Shown: positions 29,106 to 38,578, counted from the stretch's first letter. The stretch: DNA of 51,962 nt from an uncultured Anaerolineales bacterium (GCA_964387985.1 CAYLZG010000009.1:9811-61772), one strand, 5' to 3'. Made by a program: numbers and translations. The notes: generated from the letters alone by a model not told the origin.

Positions 29106-30367
29106 GCTGCGTCTCCTGGAGAGTGTTCCCAACGACAAGGGATATAAATCACGCCATCCTGCAGCTCGTGTGCGCCAGGCACCACTGAGAACGTCGTCAT
29201 CCGGTGCCAATGGTCGTACGGGTGCGTAACCAGGCTGTCGTAAACCGCAACGGTCAGATCATAGCGTCCATTGAGCAACGGCAAGGAATCGACGATGTAG
29301 TCAATATGGCCGCGACCCTGCACCACAGCCGGCCCGGCTGCGCTCCAGATTGTGTTTGGCCCGTTCAGGCGGTTTCCCAGCTCATCGTAGATCGAGACGC
29401 CAAAAGCAGGCGACTCGACGCGATGCAATGCATTGTACCAGACGCGCACTCGGAAATAGTCGCCGGTGTGGAAGATGAGGGTGGGCTGGCCGTCAGCGGC
29501 CAGCACCTCGGCCCGTTCGATTCGCACCTCACCCGATCCCCAATGCGGAGCTTGACCGGCGTTTGCCAATGCTGCGCCGTTCTCCGCGAAGCCCGCGAAC
29601 TCGCCGTCGGCGTGATCGCGGCGGGCTTCTTCGTTCCACACGTTGGCCAGATACTTGGCCGTCACAACATCCGTCTTGCCATCTGCACAGATGCGGCCAT
29701 CGTCGATCCAGATCGCTCTCCGGCAGATCTTTTGCACCGATGAAAGATCATGGGAGACCAGGATCACTGTGGCCCCTTGCCGCTGTATTTCCAGGATGCG
29801 CCGCAAACAGCGATCCTGGAAAGCCTGGTCACCCACCGCCAACACCTCGTCGACCAGCAAAATCTCCGGCTGAAAGGCCGTGGCAACTGCAAAGCCCAGG
29901 CGCATCAGCATGCCGGATGAGTAGTTGCGGATCGGGACATCAATAAAGCGCTCGAGCTCAGAAAACGCAATGATTTCGTCGATTTGACTTCTAACCTGGC
30001 GCCGGCGCAATCCCAGGATCGAGCCATTGAGCGCGATGTTTTCGCGACCGGTCAGATCGGGGTGAAAACCCGCCCCCAGCTCCAGCAGCGCGGCGACTCT
30101 GCCGCGCACTGTCACCACACCCGAGGTGGGGTAAATGATCCGGGCAATCAACTTCAGGATCGTGCTCTTGCCCGAGCCATTGGCCCCGATCACACCCAGG
30201 GCCTCGCCCTTCTTGATTTCGAGAGTGACATCGCGGAGCGCCCAGAAGACCTCCGGCTGAAGCCGGCTGTTCGAACGGCCCAGGCTGCGTACAAGCTTTT
30301 CCTGGAACGAGCGAGCCCGATCGTCATCGATGATGAATTGCTTGGAAACGCTGTTGAACTCAATCAT
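29102..30367 (-). CDS. wzt: Polysaccharide ABC exporter ATP-binding subunit with C-terminal Wzt_C domain
   Basis: FWALRDV, GANGSGKST, LELGAGFHPDLTGREN, YSSGM.MRL and VDEVLAVGD motifs, plus a C-terminal GSGEVRI…LPLL.GRYDL domain. Confidence 0.95.
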   Translation of the reverse strand: MIEFNSVSKQFIIDDDRARSFQEKLVRSLGRSNSRLQPEVFWALRDVTLEIKKGEALGVIGANGSGKSTILKLIARIIYPTSGVVTVRGRVAALLELGAGFHPDLTGRENIALNGSILGLRRRQVRSQIDEIIAFSELERFIDVPIRNYSSGMLMRLGFAVATAFQPEILLVDEVLAVGDQAFQDRCLRRILEIQRQGATVILVSHDLSSVQKICRRAIWIDDGRICADGKTDVVTAKYLANVWNEEARRDHADGEFAGFAENGAALANAGQAPHWGSGEVRIERAEVLAADGQPTLIFHTGDYFRVRVWYNALHRVESPAFGVSIYDELGNRLNGPNTIWSAAGPAVVQGRGHIDYIVDSLPLLNGRYDLTVAVYDSLVTHPYDHWHRMTTFSVVPGAHELQDGVIYIPCRWEHSPGDAA

Positions 30368-30591
30368 TGTCTGCGGTGATAAATCACAACGCTCCTGGAG
30401 CCTTCGCTCACATCGAGCAGCGGCGCGAAATCCTCCGCAACACGCGCCTCAATCGCGGGAATCCGGTCTGCTGGCACCGCCAGCCATGTAGGTGTGTCCC
30501 AAACCAAGAAACGTGTCTCGGCCAATACCTTCACGATGTGCTCCCCTAACAAGGCCTCAGCCGAAAACGGATTGTCACCGGGTTGTTGCAT
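30364..30591 (-). pseudogene. Short ORF coupled to wzt, possibly the 3' remnant of a lost larger gene
   Basis: 75 codons with an ATGA overlap onto wzt. No RBS; in-frame TAA TAG lie immediately upstream. The end (…F..L…….VIYHRR) resembles C-termini of GT-C soluble domains (inference). Confidence 0.4.
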
Positions 30592-30653
30592 CTATTATGA
30601 ACGACGGCGTTCCCATGCGGGGTTCGGCCAATGCCTGATCAGACCAGCACCCC

Positions 30654-30682
30654 ATTGTAGCCGTAAAGACTTCAAGCGACAA
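30654..30682 (-). promoter_or_regulatory. Sigma70-type promoter for the wzt block
   Basis: Minus strand TTGTCG-N17-TACAAT. Confidence 0.55.
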
Positions 30683-30798
30683 TTTCTGCGCTCACGCCAG
30701 TTAGCTCTTAAAGGCAGGTGCGAATGATTGCGGCGATCAACCGTCAGTCCTGCTACCAGGGAAACTGCCCTCGCTTCATCGTCAACTTGGAACTGCAG

Positions 30799-30827
30799 TT
30801 GACCTGACCGGTCGAGGTGTGTACAAT
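30799..30827 (+). promoter_or_regulatory. Sigma70-type promoter for the 30862 gene
   Basis: TTGACC-N17-TACAAT, 34 bp before the ATG. Inverted repeat GTCAAC-N11-GTTGAC (30781-30803) overlaps the -35. Confidence 0.7.
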
Positions 30828-30861
30828 AAATCTATCCTTCTAAGGGACTCCCGTCGATCCG

Positions 30862-32457
30862 ATGAAGCAATTCTTCAGGCAACGCTCGCAGATTGTCGCG
30901 CTTCTTCTGCTGCTTGCAAGCTGCGGGGTGTATTGTATTGCCTTTTCGTCTCAGGTCGACCGGAATCCCTTGCGTGGAGATGAGGTCGACTTTTTCCAGT
31001 GCATGCACAACGTCACGGCCTTGGGAAAGCCTCTCTTCTATGCCGGTGAGCTCGAATTGCCAGATAACGTGGTACTTCCGCTTTCTATCGAGCTGTTAAG
31101 CGGGCAGGAGTTTCACTTCTTCAGATTCAAACCCGAGACAGGCATTTTCAAGGAGACTTTCTTCGCGGTCGCCAATGAGGACAGCCGCTACAATTACTGC
31201 CTGTGGCACCCGCCACTCTATGTCTACCTGGGAGCGCTTTCCCTTCGCCTGCTCGATTTGACTATCGCGCAATCCGCCCTCTTGCGCTACACGCACCTCA
31301 TTTATGCCTTGGGCATGTTGATCGGGATGAGCTTTCTGGCCAGGGAGCTATACCAACACGCCTGGTTGCCCGGGCTAGCGCTGGCGGCCTTGTTTCTTGC
31401 CACCAACAGCCTGGCAGTCCGTTCCGGCCTTCTGATCGACTACAACGGCGCCCTGGCTCAATGCGTAGCCGTCTGGCTCACTTGGGCATTACTTCGGGTG
31501 GATCGCCAGCCGCGTGCAATGCCCCTGGCCATGGTTTTGTTTGCGCTCACATTCGCAACCGGGCTCGGCGTGGGGGCCTCCATAGCGCTCGGACTGCTGG
31601 TATGGGCGTTGATCTTTCGCCGCCAGCACGCCCGGATCTGCCAGCTCGTGACCATCCCAGGGGGAATCCTGTTATTTGTCGCCGCCTTCTGGGCCTTTGC
31701 ACGGCTAGCGAGACTACCGTTCAGCCAGCCCTTCCTGCACAATTTTCAGCGCGCCGAACTTCAGACCTCGCTGGTCGAGCGCCTGACCGCAATGGTCCGC
31801 TTCACCGGATGGTATGCGGAAGAAATCGGACTGGTCATGGTCGTCCTTGGAATTCTGCTTGGGATCAATCGGCTGCGGCATCGCCAGGCTGATCGGCTCT
31901 TGCTGCCGATTCTGGTCCTTGTTGCAGTGCTCTCAATGGCCGGCTTAAGCGGCGATGCCTACGGCTTTCCCAAGTACATCGCATTCGCTCTGCCGCTGTT
32001 ATTTGTGTTTGCCGGCGGTGAGCTCGTCCTGCTGGCGCGGGAACCCCGCTGGCGCGCCGCTGCTGTGGCAGCCGTGTTGGTGCTTGTTATGGCGCAAACG
32101 TGGCAGTCGGTCGAGATCCTTGCTCGTCCTGGCGGGACCCTCTATAATCGCGGCGAGCAGGGCTTCGCTCAAGCCGCAAGCGCGGTCGCGGCTAACTCAC
32201 GGCCCGACGACACACTTCTCACGAGCAAGGACCTGGCCTTCTATGCGAACCGCAGATTTGTCCGGTGGGAGTGGTCCGGCGCCCTGCTGACCGATCCATC
32301 GGCATTACAGCGTCGTCTACAGAGCGAGCACATCACCGCAGTGGCGGCTAGCCTGGGGCAATTCGGCGCCGCCAGCCCGGAAGTAAACGCCTGGTTGGCA
32401 GGTCACGCAACCCTCATCTTTGCGGATGGTGACTTTCAGCTTCTGAAACTACACTAG
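30862..32457 (+). CDS. GT-C-fold membrane glycosyltransferase-like protein
   Basis: First TM followed by a GDE acidic motif, WHPPLY motif, many TM segments and a C-terminal soluble domain. Confidence 0.75.
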   Translation: MKQFFRQRSQIVALLLLLASCGVYCIAFSSQVDRNPLRGDEVDFFQCMHNVTALGKPLFYAGELELPDNVVLPLSIELLSGQEFHFFRFKPETGIFKETFFAVANEDSRYNYCLWHPPLYVYLGALSLRLLDLTIAQSALLRYTHLIYALGMLIGMSFLARELYQHAWLPGLALAALFLATNSLAVRSGLLIDYNGALAQCVAVWLTWALLRVDRQPRAMPLAMVLFALTFATGLGVGASIALGLLVWALIFRRQHARICQLVTIPGGILLFVAAFWAFARLARLPFSQPFLHNFQRAELQTSLVERLTAMVRFTGWYAEEIGLVMVVLGILLGINRLRHRQADRLLLPILVLVAVLSMAGLSGDAYGFPKYIAFALPLLFVFAGGELVLLAREPRWRAAAVAAVLVLVMAQTWQSVEILARPGGTLYNRGEQGFAQAASAVAANSRPDDTLLTSKDLAFYANRRFVRWEWSGALLTDPSALQRRLQSEHITAVAASLGQFGAASPEVNAWLAGHATLIFADGDFQLLKLH

Positions 32458-34047
32458 CCAGCACTACCGCTTCACGTACGGATCGACGGAGGGAACCGCT
32501 AAGCCGTACTTGCCCACATATACCTTGCCCTGCAGCACATTGTCGCCTTCTTCGGTCTCGATGGCTTCCCCACCAGCGTCCACCTTGGCCCAGAAGGGGT
32601 ACTCACCAGGAGGCAGGTTAGGCCACACTACCCGGGCTAACGCAGTCTGACCGTCACAGCCGCTCAGCCCTGCCGGAACAACGACGCTGCCAATGAGGTT
32701 GGTCAGCCCGGCGTCCCGGTAGAAACTGACCGTGAAGCTCCCGGTGGTCGGGATCGAGCCCGCATTGCGCACTTCTGCAGTCAGCCGGGCGTTGCGCGTG
32801 CCATCCCCATTCATGCCCAAGCCTACCGCCCCATGGACCACCTTCGGATACAGGTTCAGTGTACGCAGGGCAGCGGCTCCATGATTGGCGTAAACCTGGC
32901 CAGCTCCGGTCATCTGCGTGAGGGAGTTGTTCACGAGGTTGCTGGCCATCCCGGCGCCTTCCACCTGAATGCTGAACCATAACCAGCGCTGAACCAGGCG
33001 ATAGCCGTCCCTGGGATACCCCAGCCCAGCGTCCGCCGTATTCTCCAGGTAGTCGAGCGACCGGTTTGCGAACTCCGCCACCCGCTCCGGAGCGAAGCTG
33101 TTTCCGTACTCGTCAAGGTAGTCTTCTGGAAGGAGAAGCGAATACTCGGTGAGCAAAAGCGGCTTGTTCTGCTGGCCATGATCCTTCATCCACTGCCGCA
33201 TCGCCACCACCTGGTTGGCGAATTCAGCCATGCTGTCGTGCTCCGCATAGCAGTAGACCTTTGCATCCGCACATCTCGTCGCATCGTTGCCGCTCTCCCG
33301 GATGGCCAACGCCGGATCCGTGCCAATGGCGATGTTCGCAATGCCGTTGGGCCGGCCGTCCGCGAAAGCTTCCGGAAGTACATACAGATGCATGCCCCAT
33401 GCATCCGCCGGCAGGTCGACACCGTACACCTGGCGATAGGTGTTCCAGACGATGTCCAGGTACTGCAGCCGGCTCGGCGTCACCTGGACCAGGCCCGCAG
33501 TCGCAACCTGCGCCGTGGGGTCGATCCTCTTGATGAACGCGTAAGCATCGTGATACGCCCTGGCATACACCTCCGGAGCGGTGTCATCCTGCACACGGTT
33601 CACGCAGTCTGTGTCTTCCGGGTTTGGGCCTCGATCGGGCTCGTTGCCGATCACCCAAAGTGCGCCCGGCCGGCTTCGGATGACAGCGCCAAGGCGAGCT
33701 TCCGTCAGCGGCGGATCGAAGTCGAAACCCGGCAATCGCGTGCAGCCGTCTTTTCGTTGCTTGAGCCGGATGACGGGCATAAGCTCGATCGCCTCCGCAC
33801 CCTCGATGTTCCACGTTCTGAAATTGAGATACCAGCCGAGGTTGAGAGGTCCCACCCAGGGCGAGTGCGAAGGGTTAAGGGCGGAGGCCCCAAAGCGGCA
33901 GCTGGGTGCGCTGGCCTGGATGAGCGCGGGGGAAACCGGGCCGCCGGCCAACACGTCTGGCGCACTGAGTGCCAACAGCACAACTGCCAGGCCGATGATA
34001 ATGAATGAGTTATGCACCCGCCGTGATTGGTATGTAGCATCAAACAC
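32458..34047. repeat. Tandem duplication unit 1 (unit 2 at +2021 bp)
   Basis: 32511-33779 matches 34532-35800; all internal alternative-frame ORFs are identical. Both ends have diverged. Confidence 0.97.
32464..34047 (-). CDS. Secreted clan-A-like glycoside hydrolase domain plus CARDB domain (paralogue 1)
   Basis: Signal peptide (…LSAPDVLA), WVIGNEPD (acid/base-like), H.Y and LLLTEY (nucleophile-like) motifs, then CARDB (V.N.G…F.V.FY…VD….E..E.DN). AGGAGG before GTG 34047 gives 527 aa, the same length as paralogue 2. Confidence 0.8.
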   Translation of the reverse strand: MFDATYQSRRVHNSFIIIGLAVVLLALSAPDVLAGGPVSPALIQASAPSCRFGASALNPSHSPWVGPLNLGWYLNFRTWNIEGAEAIELMPVIRLKQRKDGCTRLPGFDFDPPLTEARLGAVIRSRPGALWVIGNEPDRGPNPEDTDCVNRVQDDTAPEVYARAYHDAYAFIKRIDPTAQVATAGLVQVTPSRLQYLDIVWNTYRQVYGVDLPADAWGMHLYVLPEAFADGRPNGIANIAIGTDPALAIRESGNDATRCADAKVYCYAEHDSMAEFANQVVAMRQWMKDHGQQNKPLLLTEYSLLLPEDYLDEYGNSFAPERVAEFANRSLDYLENTADAGLGYPRDGYRLVQRWLWFSIQVEGAGMASNLVNNSLTQMTGAGQVYANHGAAALRTLNLYPKVVHGAVGLGMNGDGTRNARLTAEVRNAGSIPTTGSFTVSFYRDAGLTNLIGSVVVPAGLSGCDGQTALARVVWPNLPPGEYPFWAKVDAGGEAIETEEGDNVLQGKVYVGKYGLAVPSVDPYVKR

Positions 34048-34099
34048 AGAAACCTCCTGATTGATTGGCGAAACAGCATAGCGCGCAATACGCCAGTTG

Positions 34100-34265
34100 A
34101 TGTTCCCTCGCCAAAAATCATAGCTATCCCGCATGAAGAGCTGGTCGCTAATGAGCAGCACCGCGATCGCGGTTGCAGCCGTGCGTGGGTGGAGATCAAA
34201 ATGGATGCGATGGCCCAGTACGGCAAAGCATTACAGGTGACGACAAGAGCGACTCACGGGTTCAG
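34100..34265 (-). pseudogene. Decayed copy of the wzm 3' end
   Basis: Reads NP*VALVVTCNALPYW…RTAATAIAVLLISDQLFMRDSYDF versus wzm NPMASLIATYRDLLYW…RTAATAIAVLLIGYRFFVRHSYDF, with a stop and frameshifts. Confidence 0.85.
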
Positions 34266-34484
34266 TACACATGTTGACCGTGTCGAGGCACAACGGCCGC
34301 GCCTACGGAAAACACGCACAGACGGTGATCCTCGCTATTCCAAGCGCATCATGCGCGCCGCCATTATCCTTTGTCAGGCGTCAGCCTGACGCACCAGTGT
34401 GTGGACATGCACTGGCACGCTACTGCAATCGCGCCCGTGTAGTGGCAGATGCTCTTTCAACCCCTGCAGCTCCAGCGACCAGCA

Positions 34485-36068
34485 CTACCGGTTCGCGTGC
34501 GGATCGACGGAGGGAACCGCTAAGCCGTACCTGCCCACATATACCTTGCCCTGCAGCACATTGTCGCCTTCTTCGGTCTCGATGGCTTCCCCACCAGCGT
34601 CCACCTTGGCCCAGAAGGGGTACTCACCAGGAGGCAGGTTAGGCCACACTACCCGGGCTAACGCAGTCTGACCGTCACAGCCGCTCAGCCCTGCCGGAAC
34701 AACGACGCTGCCAATGAGGTTGGTCAGCCCGGCGTCCCGGTAGAAACTGACCGTGAAGCTCCCGGTGGTCGGGATCGAGCCCGCATTGCGCACTTCTGCA
34801 GTCAGCCGGGCGTTGCGCGTGCCATCCCCATTCATGCCCAAGCCTACCGCCCCATGGACCACCTTCGGATACAGGTTCAGTGTACGCAGGGCAGCGGCTC
34901 CATGATTGGCGTAAACCTGGCCAGCTCCGGTCATCTGCGTGAGGGAGTTGTTCACGAGGTTGCTGGCCATCCCGGCGCCTTCCACCTGAATGCTGAACCA
35001 TAACCAGCGCTGAACCAGGCGATAGCCGTCCCTGGGATACCCCAGCCCAGCGTCCGCCGTATTCTCCAGGTAGTCGAGCGACCGGTTTGCGAACTCCGCC
35101 ACCCGCTCCGGAGCGAAGCTGTTTCCGTACTCGTCAAGGTAGTCTTCTGGAAGGAGAAGCGAATACTCGGTGAGCAAAAGCGGCTTGTTCTGCTGGCCAT
35201 GATCCTTCATCCACTGCCGCATCGCCACCACCTGGTTGGCGAATTCAGCCATGCTGTCGTGCTCCGCATAGCAGTAGACCTTTGCATCCGCACATCTCGT
35301 CGCATCGTTGCCGCTCTCCCGGATGGCCAACGCCGGATCCGTGCCAATGGCGATGTTCGCAATGCCGTTGGGCCGGCCGTCCGCGAAAGCTTCCGGAAGT
35401 ACATACAGATGCATGCCCCATGCATCCGCCGGCAGGTCGACACCGTACACCTGGCGATAGGTGTTCCAGACGATGTCCAGGTACTGCAGCCGGCTCGGCG
35501 TCACCTGGACCAGGCCCGCAGTCGCAACCTGCGCCGTGGGGTCGATCCTCTTGATGAACGCGTAAGCATCGTGATACGCCCTGGCATACACCTCCGGAGC
35601 GGTGTCATCCTGCACACGGTTCACGCAGTCTGTGTCTTCCGGGTTTGGGCCTCGATCGGGCTCGTTGCCGATCACCCAAAGTGCGCCCGGCCGGCTTCGG
35701 ATGACAGCGCCAAGGCGAGCTTCCGTCAGCGGCGGATCGAAGTCGAAACCCGGCAATCGCGTGCAGCCGTCTTTTCGTTGCTTGAGCCGGATGACGGGCA
35801 CAAACTCGATCGCCTCCGCATCCGCGATGATCCACGTTCTAAAATTGAGATGCCAGCCGAGGTTGAGAGGTCCCACCCACGCCGAGTGCAAAGTGCTAAA
35901 GGTGGCGGCCCCAAAGCGGCAGCTAGGTGCGCTGGCCTGGATGAGCGAGGGGGAAACCGGGTCGCCGGCCAACACGTCTGGCGCACTGAGTGCCAACAGC
36001 ACAACTACCAGGCCTATGATAATGAATGAGTTATGCACCCGCCATGAATGATTCATACGGTTGAACAC
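34485..36068 (-). CDS. Secreted clan-A-like glycoside hydrolase domain plus CARDB domain (paralogue 2)
   Basis: Same motifs as paralogue 1. AAGGAG RBS before GTG 36068. Confidence 0.8.
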   Translation of the reverse strand: MFNRMNHSWRVHNSFIIIGLVVVLLALSAPDVLAGDPVSPSLIQASAPSCRFGAATFSTLHSAWVGPLNLGWHLNFRTWIIADAEAIEFVPVIRLKQRKDGCTRLPGFDFDPPLTEARLGAVIRSRPGALWVIGNEPDRGPNPEDTDCVNRVQDDTAPEVYARAYHDAYAFIKRIDPTAQVATAGLVQVTPSRLQYLDIVWNTYRQVYGVDLPADAWGMHLYVLPEAFADGRPNGIANIAIGTDPALAIRESGNDATRCADAKVYCYAEHDSMAEFANQVVAMRQWMKDHGQQNKPLLLTEYSLLLPEDYLDEYGNSFAPERVAEFANRSLDYLENTADAGLGYPRDGYRLVQRWLWFSIQVEGAGMASNLVNNSLTQMTGAGQVYANHGAAALRTLNLYPKVVHGAVGLGMNGDGTRNARLTAEVRNAGSIPTTGSFTVSFYRDAGLTNLIGSVVVPAGLSGCDGQTALARVVWPNLPPGEYPFWAKVDAGGEAIETEEGDNVLQGKVYVGRYGLAVPSVDPHANR

Positions 36069-36107
36069 TAAGGTCTCCTTACGCGAAAAGGGAAGCGCTA
36101 AGCCATC

Positions 36108-36965
36108 TCACACCTTCTCACCGAAGTCATAACTGTGCCGGACGAAGAATCGGTAGCCAATAAGCAGCACTGCAATCGCGGTGGCAGCAGTACGCAGGAA
36201 GAAATCGAGATCAGTCCGATAGCCCCAGTATAACAGGTCACGATAGGTCGCAATCAGAGAAGCCATCGGGTTGGTAATATACATCAGGCGCTGAACGTTG
36301 ATGGTCAGATCGAACACCTCGTAGCTCGGCGGGAGGATGTTGATAGAGTACACTACCGGTGTCAGGAAGAACCACGCCAGCAAAACCACGTCCATAATCA
36401 TCAACGTATCGCGATAATACACGTTGATCGCACTAAGGAACAGTGCGACTCCGAGCGTGAAACAGGTCTGAATGGCGATTACGAACGGCAACAGCCACAA
36501 CCACGAACTAAAGTCGGCACGGACGACGATCAAAACAACCATCAACACAGACAACCCCAACAGGAAGTTGACCAGGCTGGAAAGCACGCTGCTGATGGGC
36601 AGCACCTCCCGTGGGAAATAGACCTTCTTGACCAGGGCGGCGTTGCCGGCAACGCTATTGATGCTTAGCATTAATGCGCCCGTAAAGAAATTCCACGGCA
36701 GCAGGCCACACAGGAGAAAGATAGGATAGTTTTCGATTTGACTGGGCAAGATCACGGTGAACACCAGAGTGAACACCAGCATCATGGCGAGCGGGTTGAG
36801 CAAGCTCCATAGAAATCCCAATGCGCTTCGCTTGTAGCGCGACTTCAAATCGCGGACCACAAGATTCAGCACGAGGCTACGATAACGCATTAACTCCTGC
36901 AGATGCCACAGGAGCGAAGGGGTCTTGCCGGCTTTGCGGGAGGTCAGAACTACAGGAAAACGCAA
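36108..36965 (-). CDS. wzm: Polysaccharide ABC exporter permease
   Basis: RDLKSRYKRSALGFLWSLLNPL, LVKKVYFPRE, YYRD, WFFLTPVVY and NPM motifs. Confidence 0.95.
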   Translation of the reverse strand: MRFPVVLTSRKAGKTPSLLWHLQELMRYRSLVLNLVVRDLKSRYKRSALGFLWSLLNPLAMMLVFTLVFTVILPSQIENYPIFLLCGLLPWNFFTGALMLSINSVAGNAALVKKVYFPREVLPISSVLSSLVNFLLGLSVLMVVLIVVRADFSSWLWLLPFVIAIQTCFTLGVALFLSAINVYYRDTLMIMDVVLLAWFFLTPVVYSINILPPSYEVFDLTINVQRLMYITNPMASLIATYRDLLYWGYRTDLDFFLRTAATAIAVLLIGYRFFVRHSYDFGEKV

Positions 36966-36977
36966 CAGCTTACCTCA

Positions 36978-38288
36978 TTAGCGCTCAGGACGTGCGGAAT
37001 GCACGCTGATCTTATCCAACTGCGCCGCTTGCTCGACCAAGCGCTGAGCCTTGGTAACAGTGACTCCAACCAGTCTCCCGTAGACCTGAGTCATCTGCTC
37101 CGCCGCGGTATCCCAACGGTAGCGAGCCAGAGCCCGTGCGCGCAGTCGAGCCCCGGCATTACATGCAGGATGATCGGTCGCGAACGGGAAAAGAACCTGC
37201 TCTAGCCGTTCGGCCAGGTCTTGCACATCTCCTGCGGCAGCAAACACCCCGTCAAATCCGAGGTACTCGCGCGCGACAGGTGTGTCAAACGCAACCACCG
37301 GAAGCCCAACGGCCATATAGTTCAGCAGCTTGCCTGCACCTTCAGTCAAGCTGAGTTTGGTCGAGACAGCCACATCACCCAACGCCAGCATCTCCGGCGC
37401 TTGCCCATAGGGCACGCGACCGGTCAGCGTTATGTGGGGCGCGATTTGCAGCTGCTCCGCCATACGACGATAGCGCTCGACGTTCGGAAAGCCCATCAAG
37501 AGCAGGTGCACATCCTGCCGCCGGGCAACTAACCGCGCCATTGCCTCGAGCAGTAAATCTGTACCTTGATATTCGGCCAGCAGTCCCAGATAGACGATCA
37601 GCTTGTGGTTAGGTGGAATGCCCACCTGTTGGCGCAGCTGCGCCAGAAAGGTGGGGTCATAGGTGTACGAAGGGCGGAACTTCGCGCAGTTCACCGCATC
37701 TGGCAGCGTCATCACCCGTTCAGCCTGGCAGCCAAACTGCTCCAGCAGCAAGCTGCGCGCATGGGCGGAGCTGGTGAAGATGACCGGCGCACGCCGGTCG
37801 ATCCAGGTTTCGAGACGGCGCAGGGGCCGGTACAGCCGTCCATCAGGGCGCAAAAAGCCATGATCCAACATCTCGCCAGTCATGGAACCCTGAAAATCAA
37901 ATACGGCCGGAACCCGAAATAAGCGACCCAGGACGAGCGCCATAAACGCGCCCTCGTGCAGATGTCCGTGGATCACGTCGAATCGCTGTCTTGCCAGCAG
38001 GGTCAGGATCCTGGCCCCCAGCAGTACGTCAAACCCGAACTTGTGACGGCTTGAGCCCACCTCGAAAGTGCGCCGGCCAGGGACTGGCAGCGACCGTCTA
38101 ATGTCCAATCCCTCCACGGGGCCGCCATTGTGATAGGTCGCGATCGTAACCGCGTGGCCGAGTTGCTGAAGAGCCTGAGCCTCTTCGAGGATGCGCACGT
38201 GGCAGCCATAATCGGCAAAGAAGCTGGTCGGCGCGACCATCAGAATGCGATAATGCAGCGCTCCAAGCGCTTCAGTTTCTTGGGACAC
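36978..38288 (-). CDS. Glycosyltransferase family 4
   Basis: RILMVAPT.FF...GC.VR, YLGLL..YQG and EGAGKLLNYMA.G.PVV motifs. Confidence 0.92.
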   Translation of the reverse strand: MSQETEALGALHYRILMVAPTSFFADYGCHVRILEEAQALQQLGHAVTIATYHNGGPVEGLDIRRSLPVPGRRTFEVGSSRHKFGFDVLLGARILTLLARQRFDVIHGHLHEGAFMALVLGRLFRVPAVFDFQGSMTGEMLDHGFLRPDGRLYRPLRRLETWIDRRAPVIFTSSAHARSLLLEQFGCQAERVMTLPDAVNCAKFRPSYTYDPTFLAQLRQQVGIPPNHKLIVYLGLLAEYQGTDLLLEAMARLVARRQDVHLLLMGFPNVERYRRMAEQLQIAPHITLTGRVPYGQAPEMLALGDVAVSTKLSLTEGAGKLLNYMAVGLPVVAFDTPVAREYLGFDGVFAAAGDVQDLAERLEQVLFPFATDHPACNAGARLRARALARYRWDTAAEQMTQVYGRLVGVTVTKAQRLVEQAAQLDKISVHSARPER

Positions 38289-38356
38289 TCGCTTTTACCT
38301 GGTGGTGGCCGGAGTAATTCTTGCCACATCTCATCCAAAAACCTGGCCACTGGCCG

Positions 38357-38386
38357 AGTATAGTTGAAAAAAGAGTGATTCTGCAA
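38357..38386 (-). promoter_or_regulatory. Putative sigma70-type promoter for the GT4-wzm operon
   Basis: Minus strand TTGCAG-N18-TATACT in an AT-rich intergenic patch. Confidence 0.4.
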
Positions 38387-38578
38387 ATGCAGATCAGGTT
38401 GTGACTTTTTATCCGTGCTATCGGGTGGCTTCCGACAAGGGCTGCACGCCGTTGTGGATGAGGGCGGCTCGGAGGTGGCGATGAGTGGTCGGGTCCAATC
38501 CTCCATTCATCCGGAAATCTATGGAGTCAGAACAGGGTGCTGTACAACAGGTGCATCATCGAGCCTGGACGAGGACGG

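Noticed and set aside
34048-34161. 38-aa N-terminal extension of paralogue 1 given in the ORF track
   Set aside because: It is read-through from the decayed wzm remnant. The RBS and the paralogue length support GTG 34047.
32464-36068. Diversity-generating retroelement (TR/VR pair)
   Set aside because: Differences between the copies are not adenine-specific, both copies are full genes, and no reverse transcriptase is in the window.
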